Source: Octopus vulgaris | Lineage: Eukaryota | DNA: 64,000 bases | Assembly (NCBI GenBank): GCA_951406725.2 | Contig: OX597835.1 | Coordinates: forward strand, 5,022,001 to 5,086,000 | Reading direction: 5' to 3' | Shown: piece by piece, positions 14,901 to 30,000 of the stretch | How positions within the stretch are numbered: position 1 is the stretch's first letter | How the letters are laid out: each line of letters begins with the position of its first letter | Notes under the pieces: model-generated | Databases searched by the model: none | What the model was told of the DNA's origin: nothing | Seen by the model: the letters and a program-made list of their open reading frames with translations, nothing else | Made by a program: the position numbers and the translations under genes

Positions 14901-16011
14901 ATCTTAGAGAAAGAACATGCCTATAGTATGATATATCAGTTATATAAGTGATATACTCCTCAAAAAGATCCTCTTTGGTGAAATAGCAGTAGATTGTTAG
15001 TCATGTAGTGGACCAAAGAAAAGAAACAAAGACACACAGAAGACAATCCTGAGAAAGTGTGATTTAGAGCAGTCAAGTTGGGTAGAACATCTTGCTCAAG
15101 ATCGTTCGTTGTGGTGTAGAGCTGTGTACTCTGAGATGCAACACTGAGGATGTCGAGGCCTCGAAATAAGCAACCTGCTAGAAATAGCGATTGAGTTTCT
15201 TGCAAATTACATGCCATGGTAGCCATGGTAATTAACAAAAAAATTAAATAAAAAAAGAACAAAACAGAAAGAGAAAACACGTTGAATAAAGTAATCTGAG
15301 ATACACTATGACTATAGCAAAAAGTGGGATGGTCACTGTTTAAATCACTTTGTCCACAGGACTGCTCTATGGGGCCTTTCCCAGGGCTAAACAATCTCAC
15401 ATAGTATTTTCTAGCAAACTTATAATTCTTAATTGACTGAAGTAAATTTTTAAACTGTAATTCCTATTTTCTCTTGATATTTTCAGGAACATAGTTGGCC
15501 CACACCTTCAGGTTGGACAAAGGACAAAGCATTGAAATATTGCCAGGATACAATAAGTAATTCTGCATCAGGCAAGAGTTGTATAACAGTTGTTAATATC
15601 GATTTTGCTGATGCAATAAAAAGCTGTGTTGAAGACATCAAAGTAAGACATTTTATTTCTTGTTATTTGCAATGTATATTTATGTATCTATATGCATATG
15701 CATGTATATTTATGTATGTATATGTATGTATATGTATATGCACATATAATTATGTATGTATATGTATGTATATATATATGTATATATATGTATGTATATG
15801 TATGTATGTATGTATATATATGTATGTACATGTATGTATGTATGTGTATATATATATGTGTGTATGTATATATATGTATGTATATTTGTATATATATGTG
15901 TGTGTGTGTGTCTGTGTATATATACATGTGTGTGTATATATGTGTGTGTATATACATATGTATATATAGTGTATATATATGCATATATATGTATATATAT
16001 GTATATATATT

Positions 16012-16061
<50 letters not shown>

Positions 16062-19000
16062 CATATACATATGTGGTGGGAAGAAAGAGTGAGAGAAATA
16101 GCAACATGCTAATCGTGCTGTCCTAATTAGACAAACTTGTGCTTTAAAGCAGGGATCAGTATGAGCAGGAGGTCAATCTAATTGGTTACAGCTCTTCAAG
16201 ACAGGTGCCTCAGCATGGCCACAGTTTAATCTCTGAAACAAGTGAAAGAGTAAATTGATTAATATTGGTGATTGTAAAGTAATCAATATTAGTTATTAGT
16301 AAACTAATATTAGTGATTGATAAATTACTAATATTAGTGATTGACAAATTAATCAATATTAATGCTTGGTAAGCTAATCACTATTAATAATTGCTAAATT
16401 ATTTAATACTAGCAGTATCGCCTGGCGTTGCTCGGGTTTGTAAGGGAAATAACTATATAAGCATTTTTAGAGATGTAAAGTATAATAGCCATCTCAATAT
16501 GGCAAACCACAAAGGGGGAGGGTGTTACTGTAGCTTTTTACGTTCTGAGATTTAATAATACATTTTTAGAGAGTTACTTCCCTTATATAATAGCAAAAAA
16601 AATGCATTAAAAATGGGAAAAAATAATGGTAAATTTTTTTTTAAATCGTAGACTCATCGTAGACTTGCGCTAATACCCAGAAGGGCTTGATATGAATCAC
16701 GACTATAAGATACCCGCTTTTGGCTACACTGCACCGCAAAATGTGGGAGTAGTTAGGAATCTAAATCGCAGGAGACAGACAGCACACAACCTCACTTTTA
16801 TATATAAAGATTAGTGATTGATAAATTGATTATTAATTGGTAGCAAACTCTACCAATTACTTGTGCATTGGACTGAATATTTTTGCAAGAATCTAGTTGT
16901 TCTTCAGGTTCTTGGTCCAGTTTGTTTTTCATCCTTATCAGGATCAATAAATTAAATACAAGCAAAATCCTGAGGTCAGTATATTTGACCTTTGTACCCC
17001 ACAGCCCAGTGTTTATATAAGAAATTAATATTTGGCTACTTTGTTATTTTTAGATATCTGACGGAACCACATATGCTCTTGGAACACTGGAGAATATGAA
17101 AATTGAATGCAAACTTGTGACTGAAAGCAACACTACATTCTGGATCCGAGACAATGACGGAAACACCCAACTACCAAATACCATCGAAAAGCTCTGTCCA
17201 TTGGAATGTAGTAATGGTGGAAAATGTGTTGATGGTAAGCAGAAGGATACAAAAAACTCAGATTGATGTTTCTGGTTTTTATATATGTTTTCTTAGCCTT
17301 TGATTGACCCTAGCAGAGCAAACTTATGCTGAATGGTATTCTAGCTGTGACCATCCCAAATGCACACAGAGCACCCTGTAAAGTAGATGATGAACAAACA
17401 GAGTCAACATGAACAACAATCAAGTGAACCAAGGAAGAAGCCTGTGAATATTTGATGTGTCTTTCTATCAAAAATACAAAGCAAGACAAAGAAAAAACTT
17501 ACAATCATCCTGAATTATGAGAGGATTTTCCTCCCAAAAGAAGTCTTGTTCTGCTTTGTAAAATTTCTTTAACCTTTTAGCATATCAAACTGGCCATATC
17601 AGCCCCAAATATTCAACTAGTTTTATGTTCAAAGTGGTCAGGTTCAACTTCTGACATCTAGCCTACCATCGTTGAAACATATAAACTACAAGATAATGTA
17701 TGATAAATTCAAAATAACATGAATAAATATGAATTATATTTGACAAAGTAATCTTAATGCAAAAGAGTTAAGGAATCATATGAGCAAACATAACTACTGT
17801 CACTGACTCTCTCCCATTATTCTCTGCGATTGTTGTGCCTCTGCTATTGCTTCCTCCCCAACCATTGTAACCCTTGTGTCCTTCACACTCTCCCTCGTCC
17901 AAGTTCAGCTCTTGTCAACAAATGTTCTTTTATTCACTCCCTTCGTTGTATTGCTTGGAGGACCAGAGACAATATATAGCAGAGAAGATGCTTTAATCTT
18001 GCAAGGGACACGATAGCATCTCCTCTGTTGCTGATGTCATCATAAACTGCCCCTAGCAGACTTTGAGAAATGAGAAGAAACAATGAAAGGTTCAAGAAAA
18101 AACCCCTTCATTTGGTTGAGTATTTCTCAGCCCACTTCTAGCAGTATTGGTGAAACAATAACCTACTCCCTGTGTAAGGGGGTTGGTGTTAGGGTCAGGG
18201 TATCTAATCATAGAAATTATACCAAATATTCTTTCTACTCTAGGCACAAGGCCCGAAATTTTGGGGGAAGGGGCCAGTCAATTAGATTGACCTGAAATTA
18301 TACTAAATATTGTAATGTGTGAGTGAGATGTGATCTTTCAATCCATCTTCTAGTCCACTAACTCCAAATAATGACTGATTTAACCCTGACAACACATCTA
18401 ACTAATAATAACAAGGGAAACAAACGTAGGAATAATATAAATGATGATGATGATGATTGATCCCTGAAATCGCATGTTTGTAAAGTGAACTTCCCTGCAC
18501 AACTTTTTCCAAAAACCTAATTCTTACTACAGACTGAAATAGATTTTGGAGTCAAATAATTTTTAGATATTTTATTCAATGTAATATTGTATTTTGTTGA
18601 AGATAAATATTATTAGAGAGAAGAAATATTGAATTTATAAATGATTGGGACTTTTGCTTGCTTTTCAGGAAAATGTGTCTGTCCAAAGAACAAAAAGGGA
18701 ATGGACTGTTCCATAGATATGAAGAAACCACCAGAAATTGATATTCCTGAAATCGTGAACACCTGTGACATATCAAAACAAAACTGTTCATCAATATTGA
18801 TTCCAGGATCCAACTTTATCGATGATGGATCATTATTCTGCTACTTCCAACAGATAACTGTGAGTAACTTTAGGGTCCACTTTCTTCTGAGAGTTTAGGT
18901 ACTAGCAGACAACTGTAGTGGGTCTAGGATTTGGGTGGCAAGAGACTTTGGAAATCAACAAACTCTCTGGAAGACTATATCCACTGGGTCTGGGAGTCAG

Positions 19001-20437
19001 TAGTCTCTTGGAATCAATGTTGTCTGGTTTCCATACTCATCTTATAAAAAAATGAACTTATTGTATACAGTGCTTAATATTGGTGAAACAATATTGACTT
19101 AATATTGACTCTCTGAGAGTCAATACTATGAATCAATATCAATTAAAAATGAAATTTGCTTTCTGAGTAACAACATCCACAAGAAATCAATACTCTCTAA
19201 GCGACAATATCAACAGGAAGTCAATACTCTCTGGGAGTCAACATTACTAGCACTTAGTACTTGCTGAGAGCCAACACACATTGACAGTTATTTCTCTCTG
19301 AGAGTCAACGCATTTCTAACATAGGCAGAAGGTCTGACATTTTAGAGGAAGCAGTACACAATGAGTATATACAGAGTGCACACGGAGTATAGTTGATTTC
19401 ATTGAGCCAAGTATTTCACTGATTCCTATTTTATTAATCCCAGATGATGATGGAAAGCTAAGTCGACCCCAGTGACATTTGACCTTGAGATGTTAAAGGG
19501 TGTAACTAAATATGTAAGAAATTTTGTTTATATCTGTATGCAGACGTTAAATGATGATGATGATGATATAAATATTTTTATGGAGAGGTTTATGGGAGAG
19601 TCTGTCATTGGATTGCACCTGTCTTCATTTTATGCAATGTGTAAGAGGGGCTAAACAAAATGTAAGTTTATGAGCCCCTTGCTTTATCCTTTTCTGCTTC
19701 TGAAGGTAGGAAAGCCATAGGTGATCCTCTGTGATCCTTTTTGGAGCACAATACAGCCAATTCCAAGCGAGTGAAGGAGGGAAGAGTTAGTCCTGTTACT
19801 TGTCTGGTGATTTGTTGATCCCAGAAGGGGATATAAAAGACAAAATTGACCTTGATGGAATTTGAACTAACAACATAAATAACTGGGATAAATATTACAA
19901 TTTATTCTCTTTAATGACTTTTAGGGGAACAGAAATAGGATTGGATTTAGGGGAAAGTGAATAGGAATAGCAATAAGGAGACAATGTGAAATGTGGAGGA
20001 TAAATTCTGTTGTGATTTGTTTATATATTATTTATTTTTCATTTTTTTTTCTTTTTCTTTTTTTGTTTTTGATTTTAGATCTATGAGAAAAAAGTTATTT
20101 ATGGCAAGAAAAATTACATTGTGGCTGCTCAGTATCTCAACTTCCTGTCAGTTTCCTGCAAACTACCATTTTATGGCAGTTTCTTTATCCGACTCACCAA
20201 CAATAGATTGATCTTCAGCATTGGATTCAACTTCCTGCGCTATGAACCGCAGTGTGTTACATGTGAAGAAGAGATGTGCGAATATAAGGTATTATTATAA
20301 TCCAAATCTGTGACTGTCTCCATGAAAAGTTTTAAGTAACTATAAAGGGGATAATCTAATGGTTTTCTAGGACTAGAGCTACTTCTTTCTTTCAATAAGC
20401 AATAAGTAACAGTATAGCTGAAAATTTGATCAGAGTC

Positions 20438-20469
<32 letters not shown>

Positions 20470-23400
20470 AAAAGAAAGATTGGCAGATTGCTTACAAATT
20501 GAAAGAGTAATACATTTTGGTCGAGTCATATTTTCCTATTATCAACACATGTACACTGTTATTTCTTCCTTTAATTCTCTTTAGCTATTAAAAATTTGAC
20601 CTCTCACTCTTTACTCTTTTACTTGTTTCAGTCATTTGACTGCGGCCATGCTGGAGCACCACCTTTAGTCGAGCAAATCGACCCCGGGACTTATTCTTTG
20701 TAAGCCCAGTACTTATTCTATCGGTCTCTTTTGCCGAACCGCTAAGTGACGGGGATGTAAACACACCAGCATCGGTTGTCAAGCAATGCTAGGGGGACAA
20801 ACACAGGCACACAAACACACACATATATATACATATATACGACAGGCTTCTTTCAGTTTCCATCTACCAAATCCACTCACAAGGCATTGGTCGGCCCAGG
20901 GCTGTAGCAGAAGACTGAACCCGGAACCATGTGGTTGGTTAGCAAGATACTTACCACACAGCCACTCCTGCGCCTATCTATCATAGATAAATAAAGAGAA
21001 TGAAAAATAATAGTTCATTTGTTTAAGAAATAAAAAAAATTGTAATTCTCTACCAAAATGCCTGAAAATGTTTTTGCATTTTTGAAAATTTATTTGTTTT
21101 TGTTTTTATGTTAGGCTGGCCACTGTTTTATTGATGAAATGTGTTACACGCTTGGGATGAAAAACCCAAAAGATGACCAATTTTACTGTGACCCAGATGT
21201 CAGTGTTAACCAGTGGACCAAGCTGGCCAGTAAGTTACGTTTCATTTACATTTGAACAGTTATGATAAAATCACAGATGCTGGCCAACAAGTCACCGAAA
21301 GAACTTCTACAGAATCATATGATGCATAGAAGATGGGCGTTAAACAACGACAACGACTTCTCCCTCAAATGATATTCTGCTATCTTACAAAAAGGACATG
21401 ATTTTGAATTTGTTGGGTCTTTGTGTAAAAACAAAGCAAATGTATTCTGTCTCAAAATATCCATTGTTATGCAAAAGTTATTCAGTTCATATTATCTTTG
21501 GTGTAATTCATAATTTTCTCCAGATACTGTAATTTTTTGAAAAAGAAAAAAACCCCTAGAAGCTACCAAATTAATTTATTTCTATTATTTGTTGAGATGC
21601 TGAGGAATTGGATCCTTAATGCACTCATGGTCATAAGATGAAAATTTTAACTATTCAAGAAATGAAGACAAAGTTTGATCTAAGTTTTTGTGCAATTGTA
21701 TTTTTCGATGACGAAAACAGTTTTTCTCTTGTTGATGTTATTGTTTCAGTCACCATCAGATCAAAGAAATAGACTAGACTTAGACTATGAAAATTATTGG
21801 TTTCTTTTTTTCTTTTTCTTTGTTTTGTTTTATTTAATTATCTCTTTATGCGTTTAAATTGTTTGTTGGTTTTGTGAGGAGAGAAGAAATGGTGACCATG
21901 GAATTTTACAGGGCCTCTCTTGACTGGCTGGGGAATAGGAGGTGTTATGTTCAGACCAACTGAAGATCAGACTCCAGTGCTTGTGACAAAGTAGATTCCA
22001 CTCTGTCATATAGTAGTGTTAATGGATTTCTGGTAATTAAACTGTTAATTGCGAACAGATAAAGTTCACAATGACACCGCCTATGTCCAGTATTTGTCAA
22101 ACATGACTCTCTGAAATTTCAAATTAAATTTATCATAACTCATAATTTCAGATTGAAATGAACTTTGATTATTATTAATTTATTCTCTTCCAGAATACCC
22201 TGTCGTTGAAACAACTTTGGATATCTTCACCAGTACAAAGCAGAATGGTAACTTTGATGTTGTCTGTCAATTCAGTATATCAGCCAAAGCAAATGTGCAG
22301 CACACTTTGATCTGGTTTGCTGGAAAGGAAGAACTCAAACAGAATGTGTCTGTGGCAGAAAGCAGAAGTATTTTACATTCAAAACAACTGACCAACTTTT
22401 CTTTAGGAATGACGGTAATATAAACAAATTTCTTGGTTTTGACTTCATCAATAGCTTTTTGAATCAAGTAGTCAGCCATGCTAATTTGCTATTTGATTGT
22501 GGTGCTGTGACCCCAGTGAATATACCTTTATATTGAATATTGTGCTTTATATTGAACAGAGGTGCTTTTTCTGTTTTGATTCTGAGATGCATGAATGAAC
22601 AAACGTAAAAACTTTTGGCTCATTTTGAATGAAACGTTTTTAAAAGAAACATGTTTTACTGTAAAAAGAAAGAAATTTAGACAAATGTAAACTCGAAATA
22701 ATTCTTTTTTTGGAATAGCTGCATAAAACACACATAAAACTATAAATTATAACTTGTAAATATTGGGTTGAAAACCCTATTGGATAAAAAAAGGGTTGAA
22801 GACTACCTGCAGGATTTGAACCCACATCTTCTGTGAACATAACAGGAATTCTACCCTTGGACTAAAGCACTCATTCCAATTTTTCCATCCATTTCAGAAA
22901 TTTTACCCTTGCCAGCAAGAATGATTTGTTGATGTCATAAGAGTTTTATAAAGTTTCAATGAAACATGAAATAAATTTCTTAGGAATATTTCAAAGCACA
23001 CAAACAAAGCTATAATTGTATGCCATTATTTACAGCTTTATAGGTGTGCTTCAAGATATTCCAAGAAAGAACCATTTCGTGTTCTCTTGAAAGTTTATAA
23101 AAATTCTTTTGATGTAAACAACATTGCTGAACTTGGCCGATGCCAGCGCCGCCTCGACTGGCTTCCATGCCGGTGGCACGTAAAATACACCAATCCGACC
23201 GTGGCCGTTGCCAGCCTCGCCTGGCACCTGTGCAGGTGGCATGTAAAAAGCACCCACTACACTCACGGAGTGGTTGGCATTAGGAAGGGCATCCAGCTGT
23301 AGAAACATTGCCAGATAAGACTGGAGCCTGGTGCAGCCTTCTGGCTTCCCAGATCCCCGGTTGAACCGTCCAACCCATGCTAGCATGGAGAACAGACGTT

Positions 23401-26400
23401 AAACGATGATGATGATGATGATGATGATGGGTGTATAATGGAAATTTATCAGGTTTTTAAAAAATTTTGAAGCTTGGAATTTCCTGTAGCCTTAAATTTT
23501 ATTTTAGAAACTCCATGACACATTCAGCTCCTTATTGCAATGTAATAGAGTGCAGGAGCACACTGTTTGAGAAGCACTTATCGAAAGTATTATAGGCAAG
23601 TTCACCTGATGTAGCTCATCACTTTCAAACACTATTTATGTATCTTCATTGAGTTTGTATGGAACTTAAATGGTATTTCACTCCCTGCTGATGAAGGATC
23701 AATTATTGAAGATGGGATTTTAATTCTTGATTCCCTCCATTCATGTAGCTGTTGAGAAACTGGCACCAGTCTCTCACTGGGGTTTTTTTGCTTTAAACTG
23801 GGGTTCAGTGCAAAGATGGATGTTTCTCATCTCTTTATTCTTTCAAAAACTGGATTTAAATATACGTGAAGAGATTTAATTTAGGCTTAGAGAACTCCAC
23901 TTTATTCTATGGATACTGTTAATTCCAATTGCTGTTATTGAGATAAAAATCCTGTTTTGTTTTTCTTTAATCTAGATTCAATGTGGCATCCAGTCTTGTT
24001 TCCAAGATAGATGCAATGATTCTTTAAGTCCTGTACGACGCAGTAAACCACTATTTGCTGGATTCAAGGTTTGTTTAACATATTTCCTTTTTACCATGTT
24101 ATTTAACCCTTCAGCATTCAAGCCAGGTACATCAGGCCCAAATATTCTATATGTTTTGTGTTAAAACTGATTAGATCAGGCCTCTCGCAATTATCCAACA
24201 ATGTCATTCTAAAAGTAAATCTTCACATCATTGAAATCGTGCAGATAAACGATAATGCGTAATTAATTGAAAACAATGTGAATATATAAGCATTACTTTT
24301 GATAGAATAATCTGAATGCTTGACATGGGGATCTCGTATCAAGATAAACAGTGCATGACCTTACAGGTGGGGCCCAGTTAGAATTTTCTTCTGGTCGAGT
24401 AGTCCATCCCACTCAAAAGGTCAAGGTCCCTGAATAAGGATTGTTTAAGGACGTTGAACGAAACACCCATGTTTCTAGAGGTGAATTATTCAAACCCCAA
24501 AGAATCCCTCTCAACACATGGCTATGATGCTCCCCCACTACTTCTGCTCATGATCAGAGATGCACATATCGTCAGTCACTAAGGGACATGGTCAACTGGT
24601 TAAGGTCAAACAGCTGACAAGGAAATCTGTGGTATTGAGCAGAATATTTGCTGTAGCCCATCTTTTATACCAAGACAAAACAATGTACATGATAACACTT
24701 CCAATCAGTAAAAATCAGCAGACATGAGAGCCACTGCCTGTTACTGCATCAGGGCATGGTGAATTATCCAAACCTCTAAGAATTCCTTTCAACACACGGT
24801 TATGATGCTCCCCCACCCCTACTATTATTATTATTATTATTATTATTATCTCCTTTTCATCTATAAATTCTTTCATATTATTTTTTTAAAAAAAAGGTGG
24901 ACACAAAGTCCCTAACTGTTGTCGAGGGTGAAAAAGAAAAGCACATCGAAATTGTTTTGACATTCCCACCAAGTTTCTTCTGCAAAGTTGCTGACCCTGA
25001 ATTTTGTAGCATTACACTTGTACCAATTTTCCAATTAAAGAATGAATATAGGTGTGAAAATCTCCAAATTATGCAAGCAGTGGTTGGATTCAGCACTTGT
25101 CCAAAGAACACATCATGTTGTGCTCTACACTTTACTATGGATAATTGGCGCCAGCTAAGAACTCTACCGATTAAAGCAGTCGCAGATTCATTAAGAGATA
25201 AAACCCAAACCAGAATACTTGATATTTCAGCCTCTCTTGTGTATAAAGGTGATCTCATAACAAAAAGCTTGGTCACTAATGTAAAGGTAAGTTCACTATT
25301 TAAATTAAGTTTATTTTTCTAATGTTTTAATTTAATTTTATTTGTTTTATATCAGTCATCCTGAGAATAGTAACATTCTTGATTATAGATTTCCTAAGAG
25401 CCACAAGAGGTGTGGGTGGGGCCATAAATACACAAGCAGAAGAAATGTCAAAAGGTGTTTTTGATTGAACTAATAATTTATCAGTAAAGATGTTGAAAGA
25501 TAAAGCAGTGGAGAGTTAGATAAAAGAGTAGAGAGCTAGATTAAACAGGATAGAAAGTTAAATTAAACAGGAGAAAGCTAGACTAAACAACAGAGAGCTA
25601 GATGAAAAGACATCTTGCTCTATTTCTTCTGGTTCATTATGGTCTGACTTCAAATAAGAGAAAAGGTTAGCTTTGCTTTCCATCATCCCCCAGAGTTGAT
25701 AGAATAATCTCTCTATATATAAACGGCAGTTTGTCTGTCTGTGTGTCTGTCAGGTTGTACCCTCACCCTGACCACGGCTTTCAACCGATTCTGATGAAAC
25801 TTGACACACACATAGCCCAATGTCATAATTCAAAACTAACCCAGCTAAAATTTTGAAAAGTTTCCCCAGTTCTGAAAAAAATTGATAAATTCGACATGGG
25901 GTCGAGAATCTAAGCTTTTTATATGCAACACATTTTCTGTCTAGGGGACACAACTCGACCTTTTTATCGCCCAAAGGGACAGCTAGGAACATCGTATACA
26001 CAGAAGTATTTGAGTGAAGAGAAGACATTGCAACCTACACATGCGCCTTCGTTCCCTAGAGGGAAAGGACTAGATTGGGATTAGTCGTTGCCTACTAGGG
26101 GCTCTTACATACCCGGGCAATGCCGGGCTATGCTGCTAGTTAGTATTTAAGTATGGGAGTCAATGTAACCAACTTACTGCTTCTCCTGCTGGCCTTGAGC
26201 ATTTTGTCTTCTTTTCTCGCAATCTTGGAATCAAACAGATTTTATGGATCAATCAATAACTACCTTTTCCTTATCTATCATTGTGATATCTGGCTTTTTA
26301 TGTTCTATACTCTTATCCGTTTAAATTGGAAAATCTCATAAAAATATTGCATTTCTCTAACTCAAGGACTCTTTCAACCCAATGATCATGCCAAGTACTT

Positions 26401-26937
26401 CTACCTTTAAAGCCCCATTTCTGACAAAGCTTCCAATGTAAACCTTCACAACTTGGTCATACCTCCATTTCTTGTATTCTCTTTGAGCCATCCTGGGGCA
26501 TTCTGCAACAATGTATCCCATTGTTTCATTACAAATTCTACACACATTTTACAGACACCTTCTCCCTGTGCACATATTTTCTCAAGTTGTGTGTTTTTAT
26601 CACTTGATCTTGAGCTGCTATGATAAGGCACTCTATTTTTTTTTTCTCTTTTCAATTGCCCTTTGTTCAACCTTGCCCAGGATTTTGTTCCATGTACACG
26701 ATCTTCCCCCAAAATTTTCAAGTACTTGTGTCTAGAGTAGTAATTATTATTATTATTATTATTATTATTAGTAGTAGTAGTAGTAGTAGTTAGGGAGGTT
26801 TTACTGCTGTTTGGATTAAGTTAAGCATTTGAGAGTAACAGTCCCACAATATGCATTGTAAAATATTTTGTTGCAATGAGTAGAATTCCTTTTCAGAAAA
26901 GCAACCTCCAAAATAAAAATCAACACACACACACACA

Positions 26938-27012
<75 letters not shown>

Positions 27013-30000
27013 TCATACATTTATATATATATTATTTTCTACTTCAGGTAACAATTGTTGATAACAATAAAAGTGGAGCTGTATGTAAATCTATAAATGA
27101 TCCCCATATGACAACCTTTGATGGCAAGTAAGTTATCATTTGTTATCTTTTCTCTGAGGAACATTGTTTGAGTGTAACTAGTCTTTTTTTTACTTGAGAA
27201 TTATGGATGGAAACTTGTGTATTATATTTCCATCCATAACTATGAGTATTACGCGTCCGTGTATTTTTGTGTGTGTATGTATAAATGCATAAAAATATAT
27301 ACTAAAGAAATGGGGATCCTGGAATCTCGGGCAGGTCGGCCCTGTGCTTCTTGAGCCATGCCTGTAGAGCTTCTCCCAAATGGGTAGCACTTCTCGATAG
27401 CCCTGCCAGGCTAGGGATCTCTGGAAGTTGTCCATAGGTCCTGGCCTGAAAGTCACCTTGAACAGGTGGGTCAGGTATTCCTTGTCGATGCCCAGGTTTG
27501 TCCCGAGATCGTCGTTGTACCTCCCATCCACTAATCCCCTATAGAACGCTTTGGTTGTGTGGCAGTTGCTCAAAGTCAACCTGGGATGGCATAGTTGCTG
27601 AAGAGCAACGTGACACTCGCGGTGCCATTCACCCTTCCTTGGCCTCTTTTTGATCCGCAACTGCTGTTCAGTCATGGAGATGAGCTGCGGGAAAGCGTGC
27701 CTCACAAACGACGACCACACCTGTTCACTGTTGTCTACATAGAGCCATAGATGTCGCAGTCTCAGAGCGTGTCTGTGCATCATCAACCACGGCATGCCCA
27801 GCCCTCCTTTTAATGGGTGTTGGCAGCAAACAGATCGCCTGACCATCAGAACACATCCTTTCCACAAGAAGCAGAAGAGAATGCATTCCAGTTTGGTGAT
27901 GGTTGGGTTGGGACACAGCAGTAATAGATGGCACTGAGCTTTTTAAATTCTTCTTAACCTGGTTATCATTTGCTAATTAGATCTCTAGAGTAACAAAAGC
28001 TATTGGCTACCTCTAGTGAGCCATCCCTGCATTTAAAAGAATTCTCTTTACTTGTTCAATTAATTAAGGTGGCGAGCTGGCAGAAACGTTAGCACACTGG
28101 ACGAAATGCTTAGCAGTATTTCATCTGCCGTTACATTCTGAGTTCAAATTCCACCGAGGTCGACTTCACCTTTCATCCTTTCGGGGTTGATAAATTAAGT
28201 ACCGGTTACGCACTAGGGTTGATGTAATCAACTTAATCCCTTTGTCTGTTCTTGTTTGTCCTCTCTATGTTTAGCCCCCTTGTGGGCAATAAAGAAATAA
28301 GAATTCTGTTTACTTGTGTCTTGATAATTGTTTTACTTTTTCATCTCATTTCAGAACTTATAACAACTTTTTTGAAGGAGAATTTGTACTGTACAAGCAT
28401 ATAACTCTGCCTTATGCGGTAATACCATTGTTTAATACCTTTCTATTTTGTTTATCTTTACTCATAAAACAACTAGGAATTAATGCAGTTGTCTAAACCA
28501 TGGCCTTTGCATTTCAATTGCGTTTTTTCCAGATACACAGCATTGCTTTATGAGGTTATGTGGTTTTCATTTAGTTTATCTCATATACGTGTGAGTGTGT
28601 GAGTCTGCACGCATATGTGTGCGTGTGTCATACACATCATATATAATCACTAGCATGAATCTCTAAATATCTTTAAGATTTTAGAAATATTTCATACTAG
28701 GGCACTTAATTGACGGCCAGTACACCTTGTTTTCAAAGGTCATATATAGTTAACTCATCATCATCATCATTTAACGTCCGTTTTCCATGCTAGCATGGGT
28801 TGGACGGTTCAACTGGGGTCTGGGAAGCCAGAAGGCTGCACCAGGCCCAGTCTGATCTAGCAATGTTTCTACAGCTGGATGCCCTTCCTAACGCCAACCA
28901 CTCCGAGAGTGTAGTGGGTGCTTTTTACATGCCACCGGCACAGGTGCCAGACGAGGCTGGCAGACAGCCACAATTGGATGGTGCTTTTTACGTGCCACTG
29001 GCACGGGGACCAGACGAAGCTGACAACAGCCACGGTCGGATGGTGCTTTTTACGTGCCACTGGCACGGAGGCCAATTCGTTCGTTTATTGGCCACAAGGG
29101 CTAATATATATATATATATATATATATATAATGTGAAGTATATCTGCACATTGTCATGCAGCTACTGTTTAAATGGGAACGGGCATTTGTACGTGCAAGT
29201 ACATCAGCTATTGCGATTGATACTACCCATACGTGAGAAAAAGTCTATCTTTATTTCTTCTTTTGCTGGTGTCTCAAATTTAGGTTAAATCAGTGTTTCT
29301 CAAAGGAGACGCCTATGGGACGGTCGGGCAAGTTGTTTTGAGAAAATTTGATTTAAATGTTTGGCAACTAAGCACCGTCCATTGAGCGGGGAGCGCGTTG
29401 CTCATATATATAGATATATAAAGCAATATTATTTATTTTTAATAAAAGAAATAAATTGAAGAGCCTGTTATGTATCCAAGGTCAAATTATTTGTGCATCC
29501 CAAATATGGAAGCAATTCGCGCAGCTGTTTTCACGGGAAAAGCAAACAAACACACAAACATGCATGCACACACATGCACACACAAACACACACACACAGG
29601 TATATTTTATATCGGAGATTAGAGTGGATGAAAAATGCTCATTACACTTTTACTTCGATCCCCCCACCACCACCACCACCACAGACTGATTAACTTAATG
29701 TGTGTGGTTGATTTTTAGTTTGTTGGTGAATATTTATTAGTAAACGGTAGCAAATATATGTTAGTAAAAGTATTCAGACACGGTAAATAACATAGCAGAG
29801 GTGATTTAGTGGTAGTTTTTAGCTTGGTGTAAAGCGTCAGTTGGTCTGTGTATCAGAGTTTGGAACAAAAATGAGCTCAGAGAAATACCTGAGAGTAGCC
29901 ATTGGAACGTATTTGGATAACATAGACAGATACAGGTATATCGAATACCATACAACATAAATTCTTGATTTATTAAAATTACCTCTGCCTCTAAAAGTTG

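Noticed and set aside
15688-16126. YI/CV/HT-rich ORFs (also 11457-11700, 33358-34014, 37280-37494, 49713-50121)
   Set aside because: Microsatellite translations.
21230-22193. Gene boundary between modules (tandem gene array)
   Set aside because: No in-frame stop before the donor, no signal-peptide exon seen, and the phases match across a short intron.
23685-23775. CTGATGA...GAAA possible hammerhead (also CTGATGA at 182)
   Set aside because: No stem II closing directly onto GAAA and no stem I/III pairing.
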